64,000 nucleotides of DNA from Desulfovibrionaceae bacterium (GTDB lineage: Bacteria; Spirochaetota; Spirochaetia; Treponematales; Treponemataceae), in the NCBI GenBank assembly GCA_963654755.1, contig CAVKBG010000001.1, positions 8,426 to 72,425 on the forward strand. The letters run 5' to 3'. The stretch's first letter is position 1. Every line of letters begins with the position of its first letter. The position numbers were made by a program, and so were the translations under genes. Below are positions 10,701 through 19,359 of the stretch, piece after piece. Below the pieces are notes generated by a model. The model was not told where the DNA came from. It made no database searches and worked only from the letters and a program-made list of their open reading frames with translations.

Positions 10701-11154
10701 TTTCTACAGAAGAAACTGCGGTTTTTCTTACAGTTGATTTTGTTTCCGCAGAAGAACCAGATGCTTTTTTTGTTTCCGGCAAAGATGATTTTTTTTCAAC
10801 TGAAGTTTTTTTCACAGCAACTTTAGGTTCAGCAGATTTTTCAGAAGCAGCAGAAGCTCTTACAGCCTTTGACTTTTCTAAAAGCCCGGAACTTTTTTTG
10901 GCAGCAGAAGTTTTTGTTTCTGTTGTTTTTTTTGAAGCGGCAGTTTTTGCAGCCGCAGCCGTTTTTGTTTTTTCTAAAGAAGCTGAAACTTTTCTTGCTA
11001 CAGGCTTTTTTTCTGCTGAAGAAGCCGCAGTTTTTCTAACTGTTGATTTTGCTTCCGCAGAAGAAACAGCCGTTTTTCTTGCAGTTAAAGTTTTTTTAAC
11101 CACAGATTTTTTTTCTTTATCCAAATCTTTATTCGAGTTCTGATTCGTAGCCAT
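7798..11154 (-). CDS. Large bitopic TPR protein with Lys/Ala-rich N-terminus and central charged coiled coil
   Basis: About 250 aa K/A/S/T-rich low-complexity region, one hydrophobic helix (IAALLIFLLAVLAGGGFFVL), an EAAAKKAEAE coiled coil and many C-terminal TPRs. Likely start MATNQ at 11154. Confidence 0.8.
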   Translation of the reverse strand: MATNQNSNKDLDKEKKSVVKKTLTARKTAVSSAEAKSTVRKTAASSAEKKPVARKVSASLEKTKTAAAAKTAASKKTTETKTSAAKKSSGLLEKSKAVRASAASEKSAEPKVAVKKTSVEKKSSLPETKKASGSSAETKSTVRKTAVSSVEKKPVARKTSASLEKPKAATARTSAVKKSVEPKIFTEEKKLEAEKLPLQKTVAAPILPQKNSLSEKKEETGVAIKNAEPILASNFSVEKKSAQKNIEPEKTKNKKSNKKIAALLIFLLAVLAGGGFFVLKNQNFFGSKDNVVSELSVEEKLALAQKLIEQGNYEEALKILLGIDASGNSEAAKELRNKISALINEAFSKALENGHEQEILDFIQSLINNGEVESALKILNAIKADPGSPVKEKLDALKKSAVDKAVADGKTSELLSLIQQMIDDGNFSEALELLNAISIDGDDEISDMLKNKIERMKKQAQVLQSAENLSDEEKLALAQKLIDEGKFEEALILLNSLNSNEKNQDKINALKKEAVEKALQAGIDLGEFGFDENGNPILSEEEILRHRNEAKNKREIEEQKIQDAKNEAERKALEEKKAKEQKALEAERQRKAAAAKKAQEEKLAREAAAKKAEAERKAKEKALAEQKAKEAALARQKQLVENYISHGKQLLSENKDKEAVAEFYNAEKNLPAEEKAFAGKKLGEAATALFDSSEKKSGNEKKFLHDEAVKFAEKSFENSKEEPNVMFILGMDALEKHNYASAENFLRNAAKKDPGNSTYFYQLGRVLAMQKKYNESLAAFQTSIKINGNFAPAHYNSGFVCEKLGKNKEALASYRNAAKIKPDYENAFMGAGHVLAEEKNYSEAVKSYSEAVKINPSRAQTYQELGSCYSELKNYNLAEQNFLKALSCPDSTAEKNALTYYNLSTVMFAQDKKNEAFDFAKKAYDNKEKTSSEVKANISYNLGLLNQESGNENEAIKLYQETLNLDSNHVKANTNLGMILLAKNQPDAAIALLLKAYKNDSKNFEVNNNLGSAYRDTGDFSNSVKFYKNALDIEPENLTVKENLAKSYTSAKDYKNARTVYEELVKKQQTEWPLFFELAKVCLAQGDGNGAEKYLLYLQSKAPDFKTSEVNGLLAELQ

Positions 11155-12217
11155 AATCAATTGTTCCTTCTGCACCAGCAGTCATATTTGATGTTTCTGA
11201 ATTCTGCAGCGAAGCCGCCACATCTTCAAGCAATTTTCTTCTTCTTGCGGCATCTTCTTCCGCTTTTTTTGCAGCCTCTTCTCTTTGAGCTTTTAGAGCC
11301 GCTTCTTGGTAAGCCTTTTGTTCTTGAAGCATTCGTTCAATTTCTGCACGCTGCTGTTCAAGTCTAGCTTCCTGCTCTGCCATCTTCGCTTCAAGCTCCG
11401 CAGCTTTTTCTTCATCTCTAGCCTTCTTTTCCGCGGCGGCTTGCTCTTCAACGAGCTGTTTTTCTTTTGAAATCCGCTCAATTTCCGCACGTTGCTGTTC
11501 AAGAAGCGCCTGCTGCTCAGCCATTTTCGCTTCCAATTCCGCAGCCTTGTCTTTTTCATCCTGAATTTGCTTTTGCGCCGCAGCCTGTTGTTCTGCCAAA
11601 ATCTGCTGTTCCTGAGCCGCCTGAATCAAAGCCGCTTCCTCTTTTAAACGTTTTTCTTCGGCAAGACGCTCTTCTTCCGCTTTTTTGAAACCTTCAAGCA
11701 AAGAAATCAGCTGCTCAATTTCCGGCTTCTGCCTGTCATTCGGCGACAAATCAAGATAAAGCTTGTAGTCCTCAAGGCTTGCAATATATTTTTCCTGCTT
11801 AAGCTCGGCATTTGCGCGATTTAAAACTGGCGGAGCATAAAGCCTGTTTGCGGCGATTGCAAGTGAATACCATTTTTCAGCTGAATAAAAATCTTCCATT
11901 GCAAAGCAGACATTTCCGGCGTTAAAAGCAAGAACTTTTTTGTCCGTTCCAGAAACTTTCATGCCTTCCGTGCAAACTTCAAGACTTTCCTTTAAAAGCC
12001 CCATTTTTTCGTAGCAAAGCGCAAGATAATTATACGCCTTCGGAAATTTTCCAGTGCTGATAGCTGACTTTAAAAACGGAACAGCTTCTTCAACACGGTT
12101 TTCCTTGAACAAATTTTCACCTTGCAAAAAATCATCATTCTGCGCAAAAGAAGTGAACGCAAAAAGCAAAAAAGAGAAACAAAAAAATTTCTTAAATTTT
12201 CTATAAATAGACATCAT
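11129..12217 (-). CDS. Exported TPR protein with C-terminal coiled coil
   Basis: Signal-peptide-like N-terminus (FFCFSFLLFAFTSFAQ), TPRs (AYNYLALCY, LAFNAGNVCF, LNRANAEL) and a duplicated KAAELEAKMAEQ..LEQQRAEIER segment. Confidence 0.78.
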   Translation of the reverse strand: MMSIYRKFKKFFCFSFLLFAFTSFAQNDDFLQGENLFKENRVEEAVPFLKSAISTGKFPKAYNYLALCYEKMGLLKESLEVCTEGMKVSGTDKKVLAFNAGNVCFAMEDFYSAEKWYSLAIAANRLYAPPVLNRANAELKQEKYIASLEDYKLYLDLSPNDRQKPEIEQLISLLEGFKKAEEERLAEEKRLKEEAALIQAAQEQQILAEQQAAAQKQIQDEKDKAAELEAKMAEQQALLEQQRAEIERISKEKQLVEEQAAAEKKARDEEKAAELEAKMAEQEARLEQQRAEIERMLQEQKAYQEAALKAQREEAAKKAEEDAARRRKLLEDVAASLQNSETSNMTAGAEGTIDYGYESELE

Positions 12218-12284
12218 TTTATTATCTGTAGATTTCAGCAAATTTCTTAGAAAAACAGCAAAATTTTTAAGTCTTCTATATAAA

Positions 12285-12313
12285 TTGACATATTCAGCGA
12301 AAAAAGGTAACCT
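12285..12313 (+). promoter_or_regulatory. Sigma70-type promoter
   Basis: TTGACA-17 nt-TAACCT upstream of the ORF at 12350. Confidence 0.6.
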
Positions 12314-12349
12314 TTTTAACAAAAAACTAAACAAACAGGCGGAATTTCA

Positions 12350-13723
12350 ATGGGCTCACTGACATCTGTAATTATAATAGGTGTTTTAATCGCATTTGTC
12401 GCTACAGCGTTGATTTTTATAGTAAAAAATATCATAACTCCTTCAAAAATTGACGGAATTCCAAAACTTATAAAAGACGGAAGATTTCAAGCTGCCCAAA
12501 GATGCGCAAAATCCGTTATTTCAAAAAATCCGAGGAATTATTTAGCCCATTATTTTTTGGGAAAAGCCTATCTAAAAGACGGAAAACCAGAACTTGCCTT
12601 CATTGAATACAAAACCGTAAACCAAAACGCGCTTTTTAACGGAGAAATTCCAGAAGCCGAATTCAGAAAAGAAATGGCTGAGCTTTACAAACGGTTCAAT
12701 CAGCCTGACGAAGCTTTAAAAGAATATCTTTTGCTTACAAAACTTGAGCCAAACAATCCTGAAAACACATTTAAAGCCGCGGAAATCCTTGAAACTCAGG
12801 GAAACGCAAAACTTGCAATGGGATTTTATCAAAAAACAATTCTTTTGAACAAACGGAATCCAAAAGCCTACACTTCAATCGGAAGGCTTCTTCTTAGAGC
12901 GAAAAATTACACGCAGGCAAAGCAAGCCTTGGAAACTTCTATAAAACTGAATCCGGAATCTTACGAAAATTATTATTACCTCGGAAAAGTTTGCAAAGAA
13001 AACAAAGATTTGTCCACAGCCGTAAAACTTCTTGAAAAAGCTGAACGCTCGCAGGAATACAGGCAAAAAGCTCTGGTGGAAAAAGGAACTTGCCTTATGA
13101 TGGCGGAACAGCTTGAAAAAGCAACGGATGCCTTTGAACGCGCGGTTTCAAATGCAAAAGTTCCAAATTCGCAGGAAACTTTGTACGCAAGATATTTCCT
13201 TGGAATCTGCTACGAAAAAAGCAGAAAAATTGAAAAAGCAATAGAACAATGGGAAACAGTCTACAAATGCAACAGCAAATTCAAGGATGTGGCATCAAAA
13301 TTAAATCAGTATAAAGAACTTGAAACAAACGACGGAATAAAAGAATATTTAACAGCGAACAATCAGCAATTCCTGGAACTTTGCAAAAAAATTCTACTGG
13401 CAGGATACAATCTTCAAAGCCAAAAAACTGATTTTACTCCTTACGGTTGCCAGATTCTCGCTACAGAAAAAAAACAGGAAGCTTTTTTAAATGCAAAGCA
13501 GCAGTTTTTCCTTGCGCAGTTCTACCGTTCCACAGATACAATAGAAGAAACTCCAGTTAGAAAACTCGCAGACACAATAAAGACAAAAGGCTATGTAAAA
13601 GGGCTTCTTTTTGCAAGCTCGGATTTTTCGCACGCAGCCCAAGTTTTTGCAGATAGCCGCCCGCTTGCGCTGATTTCAAAAGACACGCTTGAATCGCTTT
13701 TTAGAAAGGCTGGCATTCAATGA
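12350..13723 (+). CDS. Membrane-anchored TPR protein with C-terminal Mrr/restriction-endonuclease-like domain
   Basis: N-terminal TM helix and multiple TPRs; C-terminal FLELCKKIL..GY...KGLLFASSDFSHAAQVFADSRPLALISKDTL resembles the Mrr_cat fold. Confidence 0.7.
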   Translation: MGSLTSVIIIGVLIAFVATALIFIVKNIITPSKIDGIPKLIKDGRFQAAQRCAKSVISKNPRNYLAHYFLGKAYLKDGKPELAFIEYKTVNQNALFNGEIPEAEFRKEMAELYKRFNQPDEALKEYLLLTKLEPNNPENTFKAAEILETQGNAKLAMGFYQKTILLNKRNPKAYTSIGRLLLRAKNYTQAKQALETSIKLNPESYENYYYLGKVCKENKDLSTAVKLLEKAERSQEYRQKALVEKGTCLMMAEQLEKATDAFERAVSNAKVPNSQETLYARYFLGICYEKSRKIEKAIEQWETVYKCNSKFKDVASKLNQYKELETNDGIKEYLTANNQQFLELCKKILLAGYNLQSQKTDFTPYGCQILATEKKQEAFLNAKQQFFLAQFYRSTDTIEETPVRKLADTIKTKGYVKGLLFASSDFSHAAQVFADSRPLALISKDTLESLFRKAGIQ

Positions 13724-14490
13724 AATTCCTTTGCGTTTCCGACCAAATCGATCCTTTAGTCTACTCTTCCACAGTAAAAGAAAGATACGGAGACGTTGAC
13801 GCTGTTTTTTGTGCCGGCGATCTTTCCATGGAATATGTTGATTTTATAGTAGACGCCTTGGGAAAACCGACTTTTTTTGTCTTCGGAAACCATGATTTAA
13901 AGGAATACAAATATTACAAAAGCAAAGTTTTTTCAGATCCGCTGTCATTAAGCTCAGCCTTTAAATTTGAAGGAACTGGAGTTGAACATGCGCACGGAGC
14001 AGACTACGCCAGCAACAAAAATATCAGGTGCAAAAATCTTACATTTAAAACTCCAGACGGAAAAACAACGCCGCTTCTTATTTCCGGAGTTACAGGAAGC
14101 ATAAGATACAACAACGGACAGGCTCAGTTCACGGACAAGCAGATGAAAAGGCAACTTGTAGCAATGATTCCGGGCTTGATTTGGAACAAAATTCGATACG
14201 GAAGATACTGCGATATTTTTTTGACGCACGCATCTCCAAGACATATACATGACAAAGAAGACCAGTGCCACAAAGGATTTGACTGTTTTAACTGGTTCAT
14301 TAAAAAATTTTCACCAGGGCTTATGATTCACGGTCATATACATTTGTACGACCTTCAGGCTACAAGATGCACTGTATCAGAAAACACAACAGTCATAAAC
14401 GCATACAGCCACATCGTAGTCGAATTCGAGCCGAACCTAAAAAAAGGAGCAAATTTTGGAGCAGACGTTTCTATCCTCTCAGACAGATGA
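13720..14490 (+). CDS. Calcineurin-like metallophosphoesterase
   Basis: VSD, AGDL, FGNHD, THASP and IHGHIH motifs; ATGA overlap with the upstream gene. Confidence 0.9.
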   Translation: MKFLCVSDQIDPLVYSSTVKERYGDVDAVFCAGDLSMEYVDFIVDALGKPTFFVFGNHDLKEYKYYKSKVFSDPLSLSSAFKFEGTGVEHAHGADYASNKNIRCKNLTFKTPDGKTTPLLISGVTGSIRYNNGQAQFTDKQMKRQLVAMIPGLIWNKIRYGRYCDIFLTHASPRHIHDKEDQCHKGFDCFNWFIKKFSPGLMIHGHIHLYDLQATRCTVSENTTVINAYSHIVVEFEPNLKKGANFGADVSILSDR

Positions 14491-15385
14491 AGATTTCTCA
14501 AAAGCGCGAAATAAAGCCTTTTTCAATGAAATTCAGCATCTTTTGAATCCAGAGGAAGCAAAGCTTATTTCATTTACCGACATAAAAAAAATGCTCAAGC
14601 CAAGCAATGAAGTTTACAAAGGAATGCAAGTTGTTCCAATCAAGCTGATTGTAGGCAGCGAAGGACGCTATAAAGACTTTGACAACCATTTTTTGCCCAA
14701 AAACAATTTTTTAAAGTCCCGCTGGGAACACGTTGACATGGCGCATTATCAGGACATAACGCTTCCGCCTGTAAGCCTTTACGAGCTTGGAGGACTTTAT
14801 TTTGTAAGAGACGGAAATCACCGCGTTTCTGTTGCAAAAATGAAAGGCATAGAAAATATCGACGCTGAAGTTGTAAGCCTTCAAAGTGAAATCAAGCTTA
14901 AGCCCGGAAGCACAAAAGAGCAGATGGAAAAGCAGGTAATCGAATACGAAAAGCGTGTATTTTACGCAGAAACCTGTTTTGGCGACATAACTGACTACTG
15001 GTGTCTGAATTTCAGCACGCCCGGTCAGTACGATCTTATTTACAACCACATTCTCTGCCACAAATATTACATAAATTCCGGAAAAAACGAAGAAGTTTCT
15101 ATGGAAGAAGCGATTCTTTCCTGGTTCAACAACGTTTATCTTCCAGTAATCAGGGCAATCGAAAGCCGCAAAATCCTAAAAAGCTTCAAAGGCAGAACTT
15201 TGTCCGACCTTTATGTTTTCCTTATAAAATACTGGGACGAACTGAAGCAGCGCTTTGGAAACGACTTTCCGCTTGAAGACGCCGCGGAAGATTTTTCAAA
15301 AAAATACAAAAAGCTTTCTCTTTATCGGCGGATAAAAAATTTCCTCGCAAGGTCAAAGATGAAAAAAGATTTAAAAAACAACTGA
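14456..15385 (+). CDS. ParB/Srx-like domain protein (DUF4032-like C-terminus)
   Basis: VPIKLIVGSEGRYKDFD and LPPVSLYELGGLYFVRDGNHRVSVAK; TTG start after SD AAGGAG. Confidence 0.75.
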   Translation: MEQTFLSSQTDEDFSKARNKAFFNEIQHLLNPEEAKLISFTDIKKMLKPSNEVYKGMQVVPIKLIVGSEGRYKDFDNHFLPKNNFLKSRWEHVDMAHYQDITLPPVSLYELGGLYFVRDGNHRVSVAKMKGIENIDAEVVSLQSEIKLKPGSTKEQMEKQVIEYEKRVFYAETCFGDITDYWCLNFSTPGQYDLIYNHILCHKYYINSGKNEEVSMEEAILSWFNNVYLPVIRAIESRKILKSFKGRTLSDLYVFLIKYWDELKQRFGNDFPLEDAAEDFSKKYKKLSLYRRIKNFLARSKMKKDLKNN

Positions 15386-15456
15386 TATTAAGCCAGTTTT
15401 GCTGATTTTTGACTGTTAATTTTGCAGTTTTGTGCCGATAATATTTAATGAAAAAC

Positions 15457-15485
15457 TTGACGGTACAATATTTCAATGCTAAAAT
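15457..15485 (+). promoter_or_regulatory. Sigma70-type promoter with extended -10
   Basis: TTGACG-17 nt-TAAAAT, with TG one base before the -10 box. Confidence 0.65.
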
Positions 15486-15575
15486 AATAAAAATGCTTTG
15501 CGGTTTATTTTTATATTCGGCAAAAGATTTAAAATTATTTAGTTAAAATTGAAAGTTGTACAAGGAGCAGACACC

Positions 15576-17276
15576 TTGATTTTAGATGACAAATTTGCAT
15601 ACATTCCTCTTTTCGCGGTTTCTGTGATTTGCGCATTTTTATTCGTGCTATTTCTTTTAATCCGCAAGAAAAAAACTGCCAGAGTAAGTTTTATAGCTCT
15701 TCTTTCAGACTTGATTCTAGGAGCAGGAAGCCTTGTTGCGGCAATAAGGGAAATAACTGGCGAAGGAAATTCTTTTGTCTATTTTGCAGCCGCAGCTTCA
15801 ATCGCAGCATTAATTCTGATTCCGTACTGCATAATTTTGTACACTTTTGAGCCAAAAAAAATAGAAAAACTCGTTCCGCATTATGTAAATGTAGCGGAAG
15901 AAAAATCTTATGCGCAGGCTCTTCAGCAGACTTCATCTCAGCAGCAAAAATCAATTCAGCCTGATGAAAATGAGTCGCGCGCACTTGAAATCAGCTATTC
16001 TTTTGCCGCAAAAGCATCAGAAGCATTTTCCGAGAAAAACGGAATAAATGCGCTTCTTGACTACGTAAACAAGACTATAAGAGAAGAAATAAACGCTGAC
16101 GGCGGCGCAATCCTCATGGTTGACGACTTTGAAGATGTAATTACAGTGCGCTCATTTGACGGAGATTTTCCGCCTCCATACAAACTTCCAAGCGATATGC
16201 CGCACAAGCCTATCCGCATAGCCACAAACTTCAAATTCGCATCGTTTCCGCTTAGAGAAAACATATTCGGCGAAATTGCAACGGCAGGCAAGCCAGAACT
16301 TATTACAAAGCCTGAAAACGACGCAAGAATTTATCAGAACGGGCCGGAAGAATTCCTTGAATGCGGAAGCTACATAATGATTCCTATAAAAATTCAGGAT
16401 TCAGTAATTGGTGTCGCAGCATTTGCAAGAACAAAGCAAAATCCTGTCTTTACTGAAGAAAATTTAAAAACCGCATCAATGATTACAGACTTTGCGGCAA
16501 CTTCTATAAAGAGTGTTGTTTCTGTAAAGGATATTATAGAACACAATGACCTTATGAAAGAAGCTGAAATAGCTTCAAAGATTCAGGAAATGCTTCATCC
16601 TGCAAAACTCCCTGCCCTTCCAGGAATTCAGCTTGGAACAATATGGAATCCAGAAGAAGGCGTTTGCGGCGACTATTACGATGTAATTGTTTCCAGAAGA
16701 GACCGCGTTTCGTTTGTAATGAGCGATGTCGCCGGAAAAGGAATCAACAGCGTAATTGTCATGTCAATGCTCCGCGCAATGATTAGGCTTGTTGTAAATA
16801 CAAAGAAAACAGCAGGAACTATTCTTGAATGGGTAAACCACGGAATTGCAGCCGAAAGTTTCAGCACAGACCACTTTGCATCTTGCGCCCTTATAAACTA
16901 TGACCCAGTTAAAAAGGTCGCTGAAATTGCAACAGGCGGAACAACACCTGTGTTCTATTATAGCAAGGAAAAGAACGAGATAAAGCAGATTTCAACACCA
17001 AGCGAGCCAATTGGAGTTGACAAGGAATCTCAGTATAAAGACATCTTGCAAGATATTAAAACTGGTGATATTCTTATTACATATACAGACGGACTTGTTG
17101 AAGCTTTAAATGAGCAGGGAACTCAATATCCTAAGGAATCTTTGCTGAAAATAGTTTCTTCAAATGCAAGTTCAACTGGAAAAGACATTGCAAATCTTGT
17201 AAAGTCTGATATTAAGAAGTTTATAGGCAACAGTAGTCTTCATGATGACCAGTCGTTGCTAGTAATAAAATTTTAA
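15576..17276 (+). CDS. Membrane-bound GAF + SpoIIE/PP2C phosphatase (RsbU-like)
   Basis: Three N-terminal TM helices and a GAF-like middle; ASKIQ, CGDYYD, SDVAGKG, YTDGLVEA and DDQSLL motifs. TTG start at 15576 follows SD AAGGAG. Confidence 0.9.
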   Translation: MILDDKFAYIPLFAVSVICAFLFVLFLLIRKKKTARVSFIALLSDLILGAGSLVAAIREITGEGNSFVYFAAAASIAALILIPYCIILYTFEPKKIEKLVPHYVNVAEEKSYAQALQQTSSQQQKSIQPDENESRALEISYSFAAKASEAFSEKNGINALLDYVNKTIREEINADGGAILMVDDFEDVITVRSFDGDFPPPYKLPSDMPHKPIRIATNFKFASFPLRENIFGEIATAGKPELITKPENDARIYQNGPEEFLECGSYIMIPIKIQDSVIGVAAFARTKQNPVFTEENLKTASMITDFAATSIKSVVSVKDIIEHNDLMKEAEIASKIQEMLHPAKLPALPGIQLGTIWNPEEGVCGDYYDVIVSRRDRVSFVMSDVAGKGINSVIVMSMLRAMIRLVVNTKKTAGTILEWVNHGIAAESFSTDHFASCALINYDPVKKVAEIATGGTTPVFYYSKEKNEIKQISTPSEPIGVDKESQYKDILQDIKTGDILITYTDGLVEALNEQGTQYPKESLLKIVSSNASSTGKDIANLVKSDIKKFIGNSSLHDDQSLLVIKF

Positions 17277-17304
17277 GTAAATTTGAGCAGTAAGGAGACA
17301 TCTT

Positions 17305-17643
17305 ATGGAACTTAAAATAAGGAAGAATGGAGAAGTCTACATCATTGATGTAAATGGTGAAATGGACTTGTACAATTCTTACAAACTCAAGGAACTTGTA
17401 ATGAAGATGCTTGAGAAAAATGTAAAATCGTTTGTAATCAATCTTGAGCAGGTTGATTATATCGACTCGTCCGGAATTGGAGCTCTCATTTACATCTGTT
17501 CTACAATCAAAAAGATGAACTTGAAGCTCTATATTTCAAATGTTCACGGTTCTGTAAAAAAAGTTATTGAACTCACCAAGTTGATGGGCTACTTCCCTAT
17601 TGCAAATAGTGTTGAAGAAGCGTTGCTTATGATTAACGAATAA
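17305..17643 (+). CDS. STAS-domain anti-sigma factor antagonist (RsbV/SpoIIAA-like)
   Basis: GEMDLY and INLEQVDYIDSSGIGAL with the phosphoacceptor Ser; SD AAGGAG. Confidence 0.93.
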   Translation: MELKIRKNGEVYIIDVNGEMDLYNSYKLKELVMKMLEKNVKSFVINLEQVDYIDSSGIGALIYICSTIKKMNLKLYISNVHGSVKKVIELTKLMGYFPIANSVEEALLMINE

Positions 17644-17654
17644 GAGGTACTTTA

Positions 17655-18206
17655 ATGGAAGAATTCAAAGAGCTTCGTTCAGATGGCAATGACCCATTAT
17701 TTGACAAAACAAATATGCTTTACAAAGCATTTCCGTCAAACTTTAGGCAGATCCGCTACTTTACACTTTTGATTGTTCAGTCAGCTCCTCTTGAAATCAA
17801 GGAAATAAACCTTCTTGAGCAGCAGATAAGTGAAGTTATAAAAAATGCAGTAAAACACGGAAATAACTGCGATTTAAATAAGCAGGTTCACGTTTGGTAT
17901 TCATTCAGTCCATCACACGCCCACATCATTGTTGAAGATGAAGGCGAAGGATTTAAGGATTTGGAAAAATGGAATGAATTCAATAAAAAACGTTTGGATT
18001 GTCTTCATAATTCAAATTTTGAAGAGCTTTCAAACTATGTTTCATTCCGTACAAAAAAATCCGATGAACAGGACGGCGGAAATGCTCTTTTCGCAGCTTT
18101 GGAATACTGGAACGGCGGATTCGTATACAATGACAAGCGCAATGGCGTTGCAATGCTTAAGAGATTCCAGCAGAAACGCCATGGTGTTGCTGTAGACGGA
18201 GAATAA
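17655..18206 (+). CDS. HATPase-fold anti-sigma factor/Ser kinase (RsbW-like)
   Basis: N-box EVIKNAVKHGN and G1 box EDEGEGF; third gene of a PP2C-STAS operon. Confidence 0.82.
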   Translation: MEEFKELRSDGNDPLFDKTNMLYKAFPSNFRQIRYFTLLIVQSAPLEIKEINLLEQQISEVIKNAVKHGNNCDLNKQVHVWYSFSPSHAHIIVEDEGEGFKDLEKWNEFNKKRLDCLHNSNFEELSNYVSFRTKKSDEQDGGNALFAALEYWNGGFVYNDKRNGVAMLKRFQQKRHGVAVDGE

Positions 18207-18224
18207 TTTTTTGATTATATTATT

Positions 18225-18249
18225 AAGAGGTTGAAATTTTCAGCCTCTT
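18225..18249 (+). terminator. Hairpin between the partner-switch operon and tmRNA
   Basis: AAGAGGTTGAA-ATT-TTCAGCCTCTT inverted repeat; no strong U tract. Confidence 0.45.
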
Positions 18250-18258
18250 AAAAGAACC

Positions 18259-18623
18259 GGGGATGTACCGGTTTCGACAAGCAAGAGAAATCTTGTGTTG
18301 CAGGTAGGTGTGAAGGTGCCTTAAACTGACAAAAAAATAACTGCAAAACGTAGAGAAGACGAACAGTCTGAAAACGAACAGTTTGCACTTGCTGCTTAAG
18401 CAGTGCCGGAACTTTTAGTATGCTGTTCCTAATGCTGAAATGTTCTGTTGCTGACAGGGACTTGTTGGACTAATTTCTTGAGGTTAGTTCAAGACCTTTA
18501 TCAAGATACGGAAGAGACGCCTTTGAAGCCGCTACCTTTTCTCGACAACCACCTCGCTTCAATAAACCTGTAGAGATGCTTGGTTTGCTTGCATGGACGC
18601 GGGTTCAACTCCCGCCATCTCCA
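18259..18623 (+). ncRNA. ssrA: tmRNA
   Basis: 5' GGGGATGTACCGGTTTCGAC and 3' GGACGCGGGTTCAACTCCCGCCATCTCCA tRNA-Ala-like ends; tag frame 18343-18399 reads AKRREDEQSENEQFALAA*. Confidence 0.97.
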
Positions 18624-18658
18624 AAAGCACTTGGAACTTAGTTTCGGGTGCTTTTTTT
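18623..18658 (+). terminator. Intrinsic terminator after ssrA, probably bidirectional
   Basis: AAAAGCACTTGGAAC-TTA-GTTTCGGGTGC followed by T7; the converging gene ends at 18657. Confidence 0.8.
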
Positions 18659-18986
18659 ATTTTCTTACTCGTTTTGCAGATGTAGAAAAGCCTTCTTCTG
18701 GCGCATCAAAGGCAATTTCAACTCTTTCAATAATATCAAGTTTCAAGAAGTCAAGGTCTTTTGAAAAATCTATAAAAAGCTGATAAGGATGAACTTTTAG
18801 AACTTCAACAAGATTTGCCAAATTTTGACGAGACGGCCACATTTCTCCAGTTTCGTAATTTGAAATTGTTGCAGGAGAAACATCTATCAATTCAGCAAGT
18901 TTTTCCTGTGAAAAATTACACTTTTGCCTAAAAAACTTTAAATTTCTTGCAAATGTCGCGGCAAGATTTCTTTCAGTTTTTTTCAT
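18657..18986 (-). CDS. XRE-family helix-turn-helix regulator
   Basis: NLKFFRQKCNFSQEKLAELIDVSPATISNYETGEMWPS. Confidence 0.9.
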   Translation of the reverse strand: MKKTERNLAATFARNLKFFRQKCNFSQEKLAELIDVSPATISNYETGEMWPSRQNLANLVEVLKVHPYQLFIDFSKDLDFLKLDIIERVEIAFDAPEEGFSTSAKRVRK

Positions 18987-19359
18987 AAGCTTTTTTCGCA
19001 GCCGCCTCTGCTTTCAGCCTGGTATCATAAACAGCCACAAGCGAACCATCTATCCAGCCCTGCTCTACTTTATACCAAACTAAATAATCTTTGCTGGATT
19101 TTTTTTCATCTGGATTGACTACTTGGACTTTCTGTTTTCCGCAGATTAAAAAAATATCACCGCTTCTTGCATGAAAGCAAATTTCACTTGAAAAATCAGC
19201 AGAAACTCTAAAAGCCGCATAAGGAACAGTTACAACAAGCCATTCCTGATCCGGAGCAATAAAAGATTCATCTTGAAAATTTAAATCAATTTTCTTTTGC
19301 ACGCAGCTAAAAAAAAACAAAGTGAAAAAAGCAACAAGAACTGCAAAACTTTTTTTCAT
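18973..19359 (-). CDS. Small lipoprotein, SH3b-like
   Basis: Lipobox-like FFFSC; WYKVEQGWI motif. Confidence 0.6.
   Translation of the reverse strand: MKKSFAVLVAFFTLFFFSCVQKKIDLNFQDESFIAPDQEWLVVTVPYAAFRVSADFSSEICFHARSGDIFLICGKQKVQVVNPDEKKSSKDYLVWYKVEQGWIDGSLVAVYDTRLKAEAAAKKAYEKN

Noticed and set aside
12350..13723. Anti-phage restriction system based on the Mrr-like domain
   Set aside because: Catalytic residues are not clearly recognisable, the protein is membrane-anchored in a housekeeping context, and there are no neighbouring defence genes.
18623..19000. Possible genomic island at tmRNA, suggested by the XRE regulator next to the ssrA 3' end
   Set aside because: There is no integrase and I found no duplicated ssrA 3' end; the XRE gene overlaps the preceding gene of a housekeeping-type operon.
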